Of a stretch of DNA of 64,000 nt, positions 40,435 to 51,647 are shown piece by piece. The notes under the pieces are model-generated. The model made no database searches. It was not told where the DNA came from and saw nothing but the letters and a program-made list of their open reading frames with translations. Position 1 is the stretch's first letter. The number at the start of each line of letters is the position of its first letter. The stretch is from NCBI RefSeq assembly GCF_054482595.1, contig NZ_CM137008.1; one strand, 5' to 3'. The position numbers were made by a program, and so were the translations under genes.

Positions 40435-41148
40435 TTATTTGTTTTGGAAATGTTTGTTTTTTCCCGGTAGTGATTTGTCAAAAAAGGTGATTAATCGATC
40501 ACTTAATGGCGTCAGCAACACCCAGGGCAAACCGATCAATATCACGGTCATCGAACCGACAATGATGTCAGTAAACCAGTGTGCGCCAATCATTACTCTG
40601 GGAAACGCAAAAATCACAAAAATAATAAGGGCGATAAGACCTGCAACTTTGCCGAAATAACGCCACATGAATGCCGAAAAAATAAGCAGCATCATGCCGT
40701 GATCGCCGGGAAAGCTATCTCGTGAGGCATCTTTCGTGGGGACAGAAAGCAGTTCGCTGACGCGGTTAATATCGGTAAAAGTCAATGTTGGGCTGGCCCG
40801 TTTTACAGGAATTAATGCCTGACCCAGCTGGTTTAATACCACTGCAGTTAATAGCATGACCAGACCAATAATCACGATACGTCGTCTGCCTGGGGCGTTT
40901 TCTTTCAGCCAGAAACTCAGCATCAACATTCCCATCGCCAGCAGTGAACAACCGTCGAAAGCGCGATTGTTGGTCAATGCAACCAGCCACAAAAAGGCCT
41001 TACTTTCGACCAGTTTCTGATTAAAGAAATAAAAAATATCCGCATCAATCGGCAACCAGAATCCATGATTAACGGGAATATACCAGGAAAGAAACAGCGC
41101 GAGGCCGACAATATTCAACAACACTATTTGCGGCAAATTTTTAATCAT
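40435..41148 (-). CDS. lpxT: Lipid A 1-diphosphate synthase LpxT (YeiU), PAP2 family
   Basis: MIKNLPQIVLLNIVGLALFLSWYIP...; start at internal ATG (237 aa). Confidence 0.9.
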   Translation of the reverse strand: MIKNLPQIVLLNIVGLALFLSWYIPVNHGFWLPIDADIFYFFNQKLVESKAFLWLVALTNNRAFDGCSLLAMGMLMLSFWLKENAPGRRRIVIIGLVMLLTAVVLNQLGQALIPVKRASPTLTFTDINRVSELLSVPTKDASRDSFPGDHGMMLLIFSAFMWRYFGKVAGLIALIIFVIFAFPRVMIGAHWFTDIIVGSMTVILIGLPWVLLTPLSDRLITFFDKSLPGKNKHFQNK

Positions 41149-41186
41149 ATTTTCTCTAATTATCTTACTGAAAAACGCAGGCAACC

Positions 41187-42173
41187 TTACGCGGTAGTCG
41201 CTAAACGAAGCTTCAACAGCGCGCTCTGCAAGGCATTCCAGTCAGCTTCGCTGCTGGAAATCAGCTCAATACGGCTGTCCGGTGGCGCAACGTTTTGCGT
41301 TTCAATGTGCAGGTCATCGCCCTGACGGTTGATTCGCACCAGCCCTTCGGGAATACGCAGCACGCCTTTGACGCGTTCCACCGGTGCAAGTCGCGCCCAT
41401 TCCAGAATGCCAATGGTGTCGAATACCGTATCAGCGTCGAATATCCAGCCGCAGGCCTGATGTCCTTGTCCACTGTTCAGACTGCGACGCCAGCGTTGAT
41501 GCTCTGGCAGGCTTAACGCTGCTAACCCTTTTTTCACGACATGCTGATGAGAATGCGCGGCGCTGGCGGGCAACTCGGCTAAATTGCGACGCGGCAAATC
41601 CAGAAGATGACCGTCAACTTTCCCATGCTCACTGTGAATTAATTGTCGATCGCCACCATTTTGCTGCCACCAACGCTGTAGCGCTTGCTCACTTTCGGGC
41701 GTCGCACGGTCGGATTTATTGGCGACAATGATGTCTGCGGCAGCCAGCTGGTCACGGAAGTTTTCATTGCTGGCGCTTTTTTCGTCCAGCAGCAGGCGTG
41801 GATCGAGAATGCACAACGTGGCGCGCAGATCTATCCACGGTTCATAGACTGGTGCGGTTAAGAGATCGAGGATCTGTTTCGGATGGCCCAGCCCGGTCGG
41901 CTCTATCAACAAGCGGTCTGGTTTTCCCTGACGCAGTAAGGTATTCAACCCTACCTGCATGGGTAAACCATTAACGCAGCACATGCAGCCGCCGGGGATC
42001 TCTTTCAGCAATGCGCCGCTGTCGGCGAGCAAAGCACCATCAATTCCGACTTCCCCAAATTCATTAACCAGTACCGCCCATTTTTCGTTGGGATCTTTAT
42101 GGGCTAACAGATGAAGAATCGACGTGGTTTTCCCGCTGCCGAGAAAACCGGTGATGAGGTTGGTCCTGGTCAC
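41187..42173 (-). CDS. yeiR: CobW/COG0523-family zinc-binding GTPase YeiR
   Basis: 328 aa, MTRTNLITGFLGSGKTT Walker A, CxCC motif GGCMCCV. Confidence 0.9.
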   Translation of the reverse strand: MTRTNLITGFLGSGKTTSILHLLAHKDPNEKWAVLVNEFGEVGIDGALLADSGALLKEIPGGCMCCVNGLPMQVGLNTLLRQGKPDRLLIEPTGLGHPKQILDLLTAPVYEPWIDLRATLCILDPRLLLDEKSASNENFRDQLAAADIIVANKSDRATPESEQALQRWWQQNGGDRQLIHSEHGKVDGHLLDLPRRNLAELPASAAHSHQHVVKKGLAALSLPEHQRWRRSLNSGQGHQACGWIFDADTVFDTIGILEWARLAPVERVKGVLRIPEGLVRINRQGDDLHIETQNVAPPDSRIELISSSEADWNALQSALLKLRLATTA

Positions 42174-42290
42174 AACGGCTCCGCAATACTCTGGTAAGTT
42201 AACTGAGCGTTAATCCTGGCTAAAAAAGGCAGAAAAGAGAAGGGGAGAGCGGACGAAGGTGAGCTTCATCCGCTTTAACCGCAGAAATCG

Positions 42291-43757
42291 TTAAATTTTG
42301 AGGGTGTTTAATAGCGCCTGATGTGCGCCGAATTGTACGATTTGTTGCCAGGCTTGTTCGATGGCCTGCACAAAATGCGGGTTATCTGGCAGATCATCAC
42401 CGAAAACTTCACGCAGGGAAAGCAGGGCGGTGACGCGTTGTTCACTGCTGCTGCCCGCAACAAGTTCGCGAATTTTATCGCTAAGCGGATCGCGAACATC
42501 AATGGCATTTCCGGCATCATCAACGCCGCTGACGTAACGCATCCAGCCTGCAACGCCTAATGCCAGCAACGACCAGTCCGTTTCGCGCCCCAGATGTATG
42601 CGAATACCTGCCAGCATGCGTTGCGGTAATTTCTGGCTGCCATCCATCGCGATTTGCCAGGTCTTATGTTTCAGCGCCGGATTAGCAAAACGTGCAATTA
42701 ACTTATCCGCATATTGTGTTAAATCGACATCTTTAATCCGCAGTGTCGGCGCTTGCTCATCCAGCATTAATGTTCTGGCGGCATGGCGAAATGCGCGATC
42801 CTGCATGCAATCACTGATATGGGCGAATCCTGAGAGGTAACCCAGATAAGCGAGAAAAGAGTGGCTGCCATTAAGCATCCGCAGTTTCATCTCTTCCCAT
42901 GGCAGGACATCATTCACCATTTGTACACCTGCGACTTCCCAGGCAGGACGCCCAGCGACGAAGTTATCTTCCACCACCCACTGGATAAACGGTTCGCAGC
43001 TAATCGCGCAGGGATCATTCACCCCCAGATGCTGGCTGATTTCCGCCAGTGATTCGTTGGTTGCTGCCGGAACAATGCGGTCGACCATAGTTCCCGGAAA
43101 ACTGACGTGCTCTTTTATCCACCCGGCGAGTTCTGGCGAACGTTTTTCTGCCATTCCCAGCACCGCGTTTTTCACCACATGGCCATTGTCGGGAATATTG
43201 TCACAGGAGAGCACGGTAAACGGTGTAAGGCCGCGCTCACGGCGGCGTTTCAGTGCTTCGACGAGAATACCCGGTGCGGAGTGAGGTTCTTCAGGGGTTT
43301 GTAGATCGTGAATAATCCGCGGATTGCTGGTGTCGAGTGCACCGGTGGCCGGGTCAATACAATAGCCTTTTTCGGTAATCGTCAGGGAAACAATTGCCAC
43401 CTGTGGCTCGCAAAATTTCTCAATAATTGCCGCTAAGGAATCCAGTTTTGCATTCAGGCATTCGTGAACGGCACCGACAATTATCGCCTGATTGCCGTCC
43501 GCCCCTTTCTCCAGCACGGTGTATAAATGGTTCTGTGCGCGGAGCTGGCTCATCAGTTGATCACCGCTGAACAAGCTGATTTCACAGATCCCCCAGTCAC
43601 CGCCCTGGGCATTCAGCACACGATCGGTCAGTAACGCCTGATGTGCGCGGTGAAAGGCTCCAAAGCCAAAATGAACGATACGTGATTGCAACTGCTGGCG
43701 ATCGTAGCGTGGAGCGTGTACATGATGCGGGAGCGTAACGGAGGCGATTGTATTCAT
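42291..43757 (-). CDS. yeiQ: Mannitol/fructuronate-type dehydrogenase-family oxidoreductase YeiQ
   Basis: about 488 aa, K-12 synteny. Confidence 0.85.
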   Translation of the reverse strand: MNTIASVTLPHHVHAPRYDRQQLQSRIVHFGFGAFHRAHQALLTDRVLNAQGGDWGICEISLFSGDQLMSQLRAQNHLYTVLEKGADGNQAIIVGAVHECLNAKLDSLAAIIEKFCEPQVAIVSLTITEKGYCIDPATGALDTSNPRIIHDLQTPEEPHSAPGILVEALKRRRERGLTPFTVLSCDNIPDNGHVVKNAVLGMAEKRSPELAGWIKEHVSFPGTMVDRIVPAATNESLAEISQHLGVNDPCAISCEPFIQWVVEDNFVAGRPAWEVAGVQMVNDVLPWEEMKLRMLNGSHSFLAYLGYLSGFAHISDCMQDRAFRHAARTLMLDEQAPTLRIKDVDLTQYADKLIARFANPALKHKTWQIAMDGSQKLPQRMLAGIRIHLGRETDWSLLALGVAGWMRYVSGVDDAGNAIDVRDPLSDKIRELVAGSSSEQRVTALLSLREVFGDDLPDNPHFVQAIEQAWQQIVQFGAHQALLNTLKI

Positions 43758-43978
43758 AGGAGTCACGTCTTAGTAACGATTAATTAACAATGACAGTGTA
43801 AAGTTATATGACAGCAATTGAAATTGGTCTGGATTGTTAATGCGATGAAGTGTGAGGGCGATCAATCAACGAGTGAAAATTGAGGGCGTAAGGTGTTCAG
43901 GAAGCGCAAAATAGAAGATTGGTATAATAAATAAAAAAGGGACAGCCTGAGCTATCCCTTTTCTGCATGCGGCTGAAG

Positions 43979-44551
43979 TTAGTCAGCACGCCCCATATAA
44001 CGGCGTTCTTCGATATGGATACGAATTTTTTCGCCCGGGCTTAAGTATTCTGGTACCTGAATCACCAGACCAGTGCTCAATGTCGCCGGTTTGTTACGGG
44101 CGCTGGCAGATGCCCCTTTGATGCCTGGTGCGGTTTCAACGATTTCCAGATCAACGGTCTGCGGCAGCTCAAGCGCCAGCAGTTGACCGTCCCAGGTCAG
44201 CACCTGCATGTCCGGCATGCCGCCTTCTGGCATAAACAGCAACTCTTCTTCAATCTGATCTTTGGTGAAGGTATACGGGGTATAGTCTTCTTTATCCATA
44301 AAGACATATTCGTTACCATCGACATAGGAGAAGTCAACGTAACGGCGGGTCAGCGTCACGGTGTCAACGATATCATCACCTTTGAAACGCTCTTCTACTT
44401 TCAGCCCGGTACGGACATCAGAAAAACGCATTTTGTACAGCGTAGCGGCACCGCGGGCAGTGGGCGACTGAATATCAATGTCCTTAACCAGCAGCAGTTT
44501 GCCGTTGTAATTCAGTACCATACCTTTTTTAATTTCGTTCGCTCTTGGCAT
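43979..44551 (-). CDS. yeiP: Elongation factor P-like protein YeiP (EfpL)
   Basis: [24 protein letters not shown]...; 190 aa; ORF track shows a spurious N-terminal extension to 44806. Confidence 0.9.
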
Positions 44552-44705
44552 CGAAAAATTCCTGTAGTCGAAAATGTCAAAAATATCGCGACAAAGTACT
44601 CGCGACGGGCCTTTCGGGCAAGTGGTATTCGCACTTTTGCTGGTGCAAAAAAGGTGGTACTGTGCGCGCTCATCAATCCGGTGGTTAACCTTAAGAGAAC
44701 AACGT

Positions 44706-44960
44706 ATGGAATGCCGTCCGGGTTGCGGGGCGTGTTGCACTGCCCCTTCAATTTCCAGCCCTATTCCCGGTATGCCAGATGGCAAGCCCGCCAATACGCC
44801 CTGCATTCAGCTTGATGAACAGCAACGCTGTAAAATTTTCACCTCGCCACTGCGGCCGAAAGTCTGTGCAGGCTTACAAGCCAGCGCTGAAATGTGCGGT
44901 AACTCGCGTCAGCAGGCAATGACCTGGCTTATCGATCTGGAAATGCTGACCGCGCCTTAA
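44706..44960 (+). CDS. yeiW: UPF0153 cysteine-rich protein YeiW
   Basis: [45 protein letters not shown]...; 84 aa from internal ATG. Confidence 0.85.
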
Positions 44961-46138
44961 ACATCTTTAATCCGCAGTAAGCAAAACAGAGTGGCGATAA
45001 TCATCACCATCGCAAACCAGAACACAGCGTGATAATTCCAGATCTCGGCGACGATGCCCGCCACTGATCCTGCGATGATCCAGCCCACGCGCGACGTGTT
45101 GGTATAGAGCGTGGTGGCTGAACCTGCCTGACCGGGCATCAAATCCTGAAAATAGAGCATCCCGATGCCGCCCAGAATGCCAATAAAAATAGCATTTAGC
45201 AGCTGCAAGCCCAACAGAATGGCAGGTGAATGCGCCATCAGCATTCCTGCGTAAAAACAGACGCCACCCACGGCAGCAACGCGCATTAAGAAACGCTTAC
45301 CCAGACGTTTGGCAAAATATCCGGCAATCAACATCGTCGGGATTTCCAGCCCGGCGGCGGTCCCCATCATTACGCCTGCCAGTTTCTCGGGAAGATGCAG
45401 TTCGTTGATTATAAATAGCGGCATGTTGATGATGTACAGACTGTTCGAGCCCCACATCAATGTACAAATGACAAACAGCAGCAGCGTATCGCGACGGTTA
45501 CGGCGCGGCGCTTCAAGCGTGCCGGTCGCTAGCGGAAGCTCTTTTTGCATCGACGGTAAAAACAGCCACACCATCACGCCGCAAACAATAAACGCTACCG
45601 CTGCGCTCAGATACATTACCGTAAAGCTAAAACCCATCGCTAAGGCATAAGCCAGCGGCGGGCCAATGACCCATGCCAGTGAAACCTGAGCGCGTAAAAA
45701 AGAGCTGAACATCACCGCTTCACGTCCGGTTTTGTCGGCATGTTCACGGGCAAGGGCAAACATTTGCGGGTTAGCGGTCGAGCCAAAGCTGCTAAGAAAG
45801 ACGCCAACGAATAGCAACACAAAGTAGTTGCGATTCCAGGCAAAAAGGGTGCAGGCCAGCACGCCTAACAGGCAGCAAAAGACAATCAGCGATTTGCGAT
45901 CGCCGCGCTTATCAGAGCACCCGGCGAGAAACTGACTTACCAGAATCCCAATGACAGCGCTGCCGGTAAAGAAGAATCCCACCATCGCCGGACGGGCATG
46001 TACTTCATCGGTAAGAAAAATACTGAGTGTCGGGGTTTGCAGAGCGCCCGCAATACCGGTGAGAAAGGCAACGATTAAAAACGCCGTCGAGGTCAGGTCA
46101 AACGATTTCGCGCTGGAGACTGCGGGGGAGTTATGCAT
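44957..46138 (-). CDS. setB: Sugar efflux transporter SetB (MFS)
   Basis: 393 aa, 12-TM MFS, synteny next to fru operon. Confidence 0.9.
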
Positions 46139-46404
46139 GCTGGTCGATCACTGGAAGAGGAAGACGCGGAGTTTACGCTGCTTGTCAGAAAATAAACAGA
46201 CAGCGAAATCAAAAGCGCCACGAATAATCAAAATGCCATTTCACTGTTGCTGATTGGCTGCTGACGCTGCTGAAATGACATTGCTGATAACGGATTTTCC
46301 CGTCAGCAATTAGGAAAAATGACAAAAAATTGTGCAGCACATCAAACTTTTGCTCATAACTTTACGGCTTTCCTTGCGTGCTGAAACAGAAGTATTATGC
46401 TTTC

Positions 46405-46418
46405 TTGAAACGTTTCAG
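46405..46418. promoter_or_regulatory. Cra (FruR) operator-like palindrome upstream of fruB
   Basis: ttgaaacgtttcag, matches the Cra half-site pattern TGAAWC... Confidence 0.6.
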
Positions 46419-46470
46419 CGCGATCTTGTCTTTAACCCTAAGCCAGGTTGGCGCTTTTTTTCTCATAGAA

Positions 46471-46491
46471 GCTGAATCGTTTCAATTCAGC
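46471..46491. promoter_or_regulatory. Second Cra (FruR) operator-like palindrome upstream of fruB
   Basis: gctgaatcgtttcaattcagc, imperfect palindrome 15 nt before the fruB start. Confidence 0.65.
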
Positions 46492-46505
46492 AAGAGAGGA
46501 GAACT

Positions 46506-47636
46506 ATGTTCCAGTTATCCGTACAGGACATCCATCCGGGCGAAAAGGCCGGAGACAAAGAAGAGGCGATTCGCCAGGTCGCTGCGGCGCTGGTGCAGGC
46601 CGGTAATGTAGCAGAAGGCTACGTCAATGGCATGCTGGCGCGCGAACAGCAAACCTCAACGTTCCTCGGCAATGGTATTGCTATTCCACACGGCACTACC
46701 GACACCCGCGATCAGGTGCTGAAAACCGGCGTTCAGGTATTTCAGTTCCCGGAAGGCGTCACCTGGGGTGACGGTCAGGTAGCGTACGTAGCGATCGGTA
46801 TTGCTGCCAGCTCGGATGAGCATCTGGGCCTGCTACGCCAGCTGACCCACGTACTGAGCGATGATTCCGTTGCTGAACAACTGAAGTCAGCAACAACAGC
46901 AGAAGAACTTCGCGCATTGCTGATGGGCGAAAAGCAGAGTGAGCAGCTGAAGCTCGACAACGAAATGCTGACGCTGGATATCGTCGCCAGCGATCTGCTG
47001 ACTCTTCAGGCGCTGAACGCTGCGCGTCTGAAAGAGGCGGGGGCAGTTGACGCCACTTTCGTCACCAAAGCCATCAATGAACAACCGCTGAATCTCGGAC
47101 AGGGTATCTGGCTGAGCGATAGCGCCGAAGGCAATCTGCGTAGCGCGATTGCGGTAAGCCGTGCGGCAAATGCTTTTTATGTGGACGGCGAAACGGCAGC
47201 CATGCTGGTGAGTGTGGCGATGAATGACGATCAGCCCATTGCGGTTCTTAAGCGTCTCGCTGATTTGTTGCTCGACAATAAAGCTGACCGCTTGCTGAAA
47301 GCGGATGCGGCAACGTTGCTGGCGCTGCTGACCAGCGATGATGCGCCGACCGACGACGTGTTAAGCGCGGAGTTTGTGGTGCGCAATGAACACGGCCTGC
47401 ATGCTCGTCCAGGTACCATGCTGGTCAACACCATTAAACAATTTAGCAGTGATATTACCGTGACAAACCTTGATGGCACCGGCAAACCGGCAAACGGACG
47501 TAGTCTGATGAAAGTTGTGGCACTTGGCGTTAAGAAAGGTCATCGCCTACGCTTTACCGCCCAGGGTGCAGATGCTGAACAGGCGCTGAAAGCAATCGGC
47601 GACGCTATCGCTGCTGGTCTTGGGGAGGGCGCATAA
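46506..47636 (+). CDS. fruB: Fructose PTS diphosphoryl transfer protein FruB (EIIA-M-FPr)
   Basis: 376 aa, [29 protein letters not shown]... Confidence 0.92.
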   Translation: MFQLSVQDIHPGEKAGDKEEAIRQVAAALVQAGNVAEGYVNGMLAREQQTSTFLGNGIAIPHGTTDTRDQVLKTGVQVFQFPEGVTWGDGQVAYVAIGIAASSDEHLGLLRQLTHVLSDDSVAEQLKSATTAEELRALLMGEKQSEQLKLDNEMLTLDIVASDLLTLQALNAARLKEAGAVDATFVTKAINEQPLNLGQGIWLSDSAEGNLRSAIAVSRAANAFYVDGETAAMLVSVAMNDDQPIAVLKRLADLLLDNKADRLLKADAATLLALLTSDDAPTDDVLSAEFVVRNEHGLHARPGTMLVNTIKQFSSDITVTNLDGTGKPANGRSLMKVVALGVKKGHRLRFTAQGADAEQALKAIGDAIAAGLGEGA

Positions 47637-48574
47637 TGAGCAGACGTGTTGCTACTATCACCCTTAATCCGGCTTATGACCTTGTTGGTTTCTGCCCGGA
47701 AATTGAACGCGGCGAAGTGAACCTGGTGAAAACCACCGGTCTGCATGCGGCGGGTAAAGGCATCAACGTGGCCAAAGTATTAAAAGACCTGGGAATTGAT
47801 GTCACCGTTGGCGGCTTCCTGGGTAAAGACAATCAGGATGGTTTTCAGCAACTGTTCAGCGAGCTGGGCATTGCCAACCGTTTCCAGGTTGTACAGGGGC
47901 GCACCCGAATTAACGTTAAGCTGACGGAAAAAGACGGCGAAGTGACCGACTTCAACTTCTCGGGTTTTGAAGTCACTCCCGCCGACTGGGAACGCTTTGT
48001 GACTGATTCTCTGAGCTGGCTCGGTCAGTTCGATATGGTCTGTGTCAGCGGAAGCTTACCGTCAGGCGTCAGCCCGGAAGCGTTCACCGACTGGATGACT
48101 CGCCTGCGTAGTCAGTGCCCTTGCATTATCTTTGATAGTAGCCGTGAAGCGTTAGTAGCAGGTTTGAAAGCGGCACCGTGGCTGGTGAAACCTAACCGCC
48201 GCGAGCTGGAAATCTGGGCAGGCCGTAAACTGCCTGAAATGAAAGATGTGATTGAAGCTGCGCATGCGCTGCGTGAACAAGGTATTGCGCATGTCGTTAT
48301 TTCACTGGGTGCCGAAGGCGCGCTTTGGGTTAATGCCTCCGGCGAATGGATCGCCAAACCACCGTCAGTCGATGTCGTAAGCACCGTTGGCGCAGGGGAT
48401 TCTATGGTTGGTGGCCTGATTTATGGCTTGCTAATGCGTGAATCCAGTGAACACACACTGCGTCTGGCGACTGCTGTTGCAGCCCTGGCGGTAAGTCAAA
48501 GCAATGTGGGTATTACCGATCGTCCGCAGTTGGCCGCAATGATGGCGCGGGTCGACTTACAACCTTTTAACTGA
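47636..48574 (+). CDS. fruK: 1-phosphofructokinase
   Basis: 312 aa, pfkB-family, [18 protein letters not shown]... Confidence 0.92.
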   Translation: MSRRVATITLNPAYDLVGFCPEIERGEVNLVKTTGLHAAGKGINVAKVLKDLGIDVTVGGFLGKDNQDGFQQLFSELGIANRFQVVQGRTRINVKLTEKDGEVTDFNFSGFEVTPADWERFVTDSLSWLGQFDMVCVSGSLPSGVSPEAFTDWMTRLRSQCPCIIFDSSREALVAGLKAAPWLVKPNRRELEIWAGRKLPEMKDVIEAAHALREQGIAHVVISLGAEGALWVNASGEWIAKPPSVDVVSTVGAGDSMVGGLIYGLLMRESSEHTLRLATAVAALAVSQSNVGITDRPQLAAMMARVDLQPFN

Positions 48575-48590
48575 CAGCAGGAGAGGCATA

Positions 48591-50282
48591 ATGAAAACGC
48601 TGCTGATTATTGACGCTAATCTCGGTCAGGCACGCGCCTATATGGCGAAGACCCTGCTGGGCGCGGCGGCGCGAAAAGCAAAACTGGAAATCATCGACAA
48701 TCCGAACGACGCAGAAATGGCGATTGTTCTCGGTGATTCCATCCCGAATGACAGCGCGCTGAACGGTAAAAATGTCTGGCTGGGCGATATTTCCCGGGCA
48801 GTTGCGCACCCTGAGCTGTTCCTGAGTGAAGCCAAAGGCCATGCGAAACCTTACACTGCGCCGGTCGCTGCGACAGCACCGGTTGCCGCCAGCGGTCCGA
48901 AACGCGTAGTTGCGGTGACTGCTTGCCCGACAGGCGTAGCACACACCTTTATGGCGGCTGAAGCCATTGAAACCGAAGCGAAAAAACGTGGCTGGTGGGT
49001 GAAAGTTGAAACCCGTGGTTCTGTTGGTGCGGGTAATGCAATCACCCCCGAAGAAGTAGCCGCAGCGGATCTGGTGATTGTGGCGGCAGATATCGAAGTG
49101 GATCTGGCGAAATTTGCTGGTAAACCGATGTATCGTACCTCTACCGGTCTGGCGCTGAAGAAAACCGCGCAGGAACTGGATAAAGCGGTTGCTGAAGCAA
49201 CGCCGTATGAACCGGCGGGCAAAGCTCAAACGGCGACCTCTGAAGGTAAGAAAGAGAGTGCAGGCGCATACCGTCACTTGCTGACGGGCGTCTCTTACAT
49301 GCTGCCGATGGTCGTTGCAGGTGGTCTGTGTATCGCGCTTTCTTTTGCTTTTGGTATCGAAGCGTTTAAAGAGCCGGGTACGTTGGCAGCGGCGCTGATG
49401 CAGATTGGTGGTGGTTCAGCCTTTGCGCTGATGGTGCCGGTACTGGCAGGTTATATTGCCTTCTCCATTGCCGATCGTCCGGGTCTCACGCCGGGTCTGA
49501 TTGGCGGTATGCTGGCGGTCAGCACCGGTTCTGGCTTCATTGGCGGTATTATTGCGGGCTTCCTGGCTGGTTACATTGCGAAGTTAATCAGTACGCAACT
49601 GAAACTGCCACAGAGTATGGAGGCGCTGAAACCGATCCTGATCATTCCGCTAATTTCCAGTCTGGTGGTCGGTCTGGCGATGATCTACCTGATCGGTAAA
49701 CCGGTTGCTGGCATTCTCGAAGGGTTGACTCACTGGCTGCAGACCATGGGGACTGCGAATGCGGTTCTGCTGGGGGCGATCCTCGGTGGCATGATGTGTA
49801 CTGACATGGGCGGTCCGGTAAATAAAGCAGCGTACGCATTCGGTGTGGGTCTGCTGAGTACTCAAACCTATGGCCCGATGGCGGCGATTATGGCGGCAGG
49901 TATGGTGCCACCGCTGGCAATGGGTCTGGCAACAATGGTGGCGCGTCGCAAATTTGACAAAGCGCAGCAGGAAGGTGGCAAAGCCGCTCTGGTTCTTGGT
50001 CTGTGCTTTATTTCGGAAGGTGCAATTCCGTTTGCTGCTCGTGATCCGATGCGTGTGCTGCCGTGCTGTATCGTGGGTGGGGCGCTGACTGGCGCAATCT
50101 CAATGGCGATTGGTGCGAAACTGATGGCACCGCACGGTGGTCTGTTTGTTCTGCTGATCCCTGGCGCTATTACGCCGGTACTGGGTTACCTGGTAGCAAT
50201 TATTGCCGGTACGCTGGTGGCGGGTTTGGCCTATGCCTTCCTGAAACGTCCGGAAGTGGACGCAGTAGCGAAAGCCGCGTAA
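48591..50282 (+). CDS. fruA: Fructose PTS EIIB-prime/BC permease
   Basis: 563 aa, MKTLLIIDANLGQARAYMAKTLL... Confidence 0.92.
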   Translation: MKTLLIIDANLGQARAYMAKTLLGAAARKAKLEIIDNPNDAEMAIVLGDSIPNDSALNGKNVWLGDISRAVAHPELFLSEAKGHAKPYTAPVAATAPVAASGPKRVVAVTACPTGVAHTFMAAEAIETEAKKRGWWVKVETRGSVGAGNAITPEEVAAADLVIVAADIEVDLAKFAGKPMYRTSTGLALKKTAQELDKAVAEATPYEPAGKAQTATSEGKKESAGAYRHLLTGVSYMLPMVVAGGLCIALSFAFGIEAFKEPGTLAAALMQIGGGSAFALMVPVLAGYIAFSIADRPGLTPGLIGGMLAVSTGSGFIGGIIAGFLAGYIAKLISTQLKLPQSMEALKPILIIPLISSLVVGLAMIYLIGKPVAGILEGLTHWLQTMGTANAVLLGAILGGMMCTDMGGPVNKAAYAFGVGLLSTQTYGPMAAIMAAGMVPPLAMGLATMVARRKFDKAQQEGGKAALVLGLCFISEGAIPFAARDPMRVLPCCIVGGALTGAISMAIGAKLMAPHGGLFVLLIPGAITPVLGYLVAIIAGTLVAGLAYAFLKRPEVDAVAKAA

Positions 50283-50436
50283 TAAAAGGTGTGTTACAGG
50301 GCAGAAATTTACTGCCCTGTATCATTGGATGAGCGCAAAGAGAATGACCGGTTTGTGAATGTAATTTTATGAATTTAAATGGTTTTATCTTTCAGTAGAA
50401 ACCTGAAACGTTCATCAAACACTAAGGTTATTTCCT

Positions 50437-50466
50437 CAAGGGCAGATTCTTTTTTGCCCTTTTTTA
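50437..50466 (+). terminator. fruA operon terminator
   Basis: aagggca gattctttttt tgccctt ttttt. Confidence 0.5.
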
Positions 50467-50705
50467 GTGTTCATGTTCTGTGCATCCCGTCACAAATTCC
50501 TCGCTTTTGTAATTCAGGCATTTAATCGCATTTTGTGAGCCTGCTCAAATCTGCCCGCTTTGCCTCTCTGGCGGCAATTTACTTTACGTAAAACATGCAT
50601 ACTATGAGCACATGTTTAAATATGAACACATGTTTAAACCGTCTTTGCAGTATCTATATCCTTGTGGATTGACAGGGTTGGTAATTTTTTACCAGAGGAC
50701 GTGCT

Positions 50706-51647
50706 ATGCGCGAAAAGGATTATGTCGTAATTATAGGTTCGGCGAATATTGATGTCGCCGGATATTCACATGAATCATTAAATTATGCGGATTCAAATCC
50801 AGGTAAAATAAAATTTACACCTGGTGGAGTAGGGCGAAATATTGCACAAAACCTGGCGTTGCTGGGTAACAAAGCCTGGTTACTGAGCGCAGTAGGTAGT
50901 GATTTTTATGGTCAATCGCTGCTAACGCAAACCAATCAATCTGGCGTTTATGTCGATAAATGCCTGATTGTGCCGGGAGAAAATACGTCGAGTTATTTAT
51001 CATTACTCGATAATACCGGTGAAATGCTGGTTGCTATAAATGACATGAATATTAGCAACGCTATTACAGCTGAATATCTCGCACAGCACCGTGAATTTAT
51101 TCAGAGGGCAAAGGTCATTGTCGCGGACTGTAATATCAGTGAAGAGGCACTGGCATGGATTCTGGATAATGCTGCCAACGTACCCGTATTTGTCGATCCG
51201 GTTTCAGCGTGGAAATGTGTCAAAGTGCGCGACCGTCTAAATCAGATCCACACTCTGAAGCCAAACCGCCTTGAAGCGGAAACACTGAGTGGGATTGCGC
51301 TGTCAGGGCGTGAAGATGTGGCAAAAGTTGCTGCCTGGTTCCATCAACATGGCCTGAACCGACTGGTATTGAGCATGGGCGGCGATGGCGTTTATTACAG
51401 TGATATCAGCGGTGAAAGTGGCTGGTCTGCCCCGATCAAAACCAATGTTATTAATGTTACCGGAGCGGGCGATGCCATGATGGCGGGACTTGCTTCGTGT
51501 TGGGTAGACGGAATGCCGTTTGCCGAATCTGTTCGTTTCGCACAGGGATGTTCGTCAATGGCGCTCTCCTGTGAATACACCAATAACCCCGATTTATCGA
51601 TTGCCAACGTTATATCGTTAGTGGAGAACGCAGAATGTCTGAATTAA
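50706..51647 (+). CDS. psuK: Pseudouridine kinase
   Basis: 313 aa, pfkB-family carbohydrate kinase, MREKDYVVIIGSANIDVAGY... Confidence 0.9.
   Translation: MREKDYVVIIGSANIDVAGYSHESLNYADSNPGKIKFTPGGVGRNIAQNLALLGNKAWLLSAVGSDFYGQSLLTQTNQSGVYVDKCLIVPGENTSSYLSLLDNTGEMLVAINDMNISNAITAEYLAQHREFIQRAKVIVADCNISEEALAWILDNAANVPVFVDPVSAWKCVKVRDRLNQIHTLKPNRLEAETLSGIALSGREDVAKVAAWFHQHGLNRLVLSMGGDGVYYSDISGESGWSAPIKTNVINVTGAGDAMMAGLASCWVDGMPFAESVRFAQGCSSMALSCEYTNNPDLSIANVISLVENAECLN

Noticed and set aside
44183-44815. 210-codon plus-strand ORF
   Set aside because: Antisense to yeiP and overlapping the true yeiW start; no ribosome-binding site.
48567-49277. 236-codon minus-strand ORF
   Set aside because: Antisense to fruA, with an Arg/Cys-rich non-protein-like translation.
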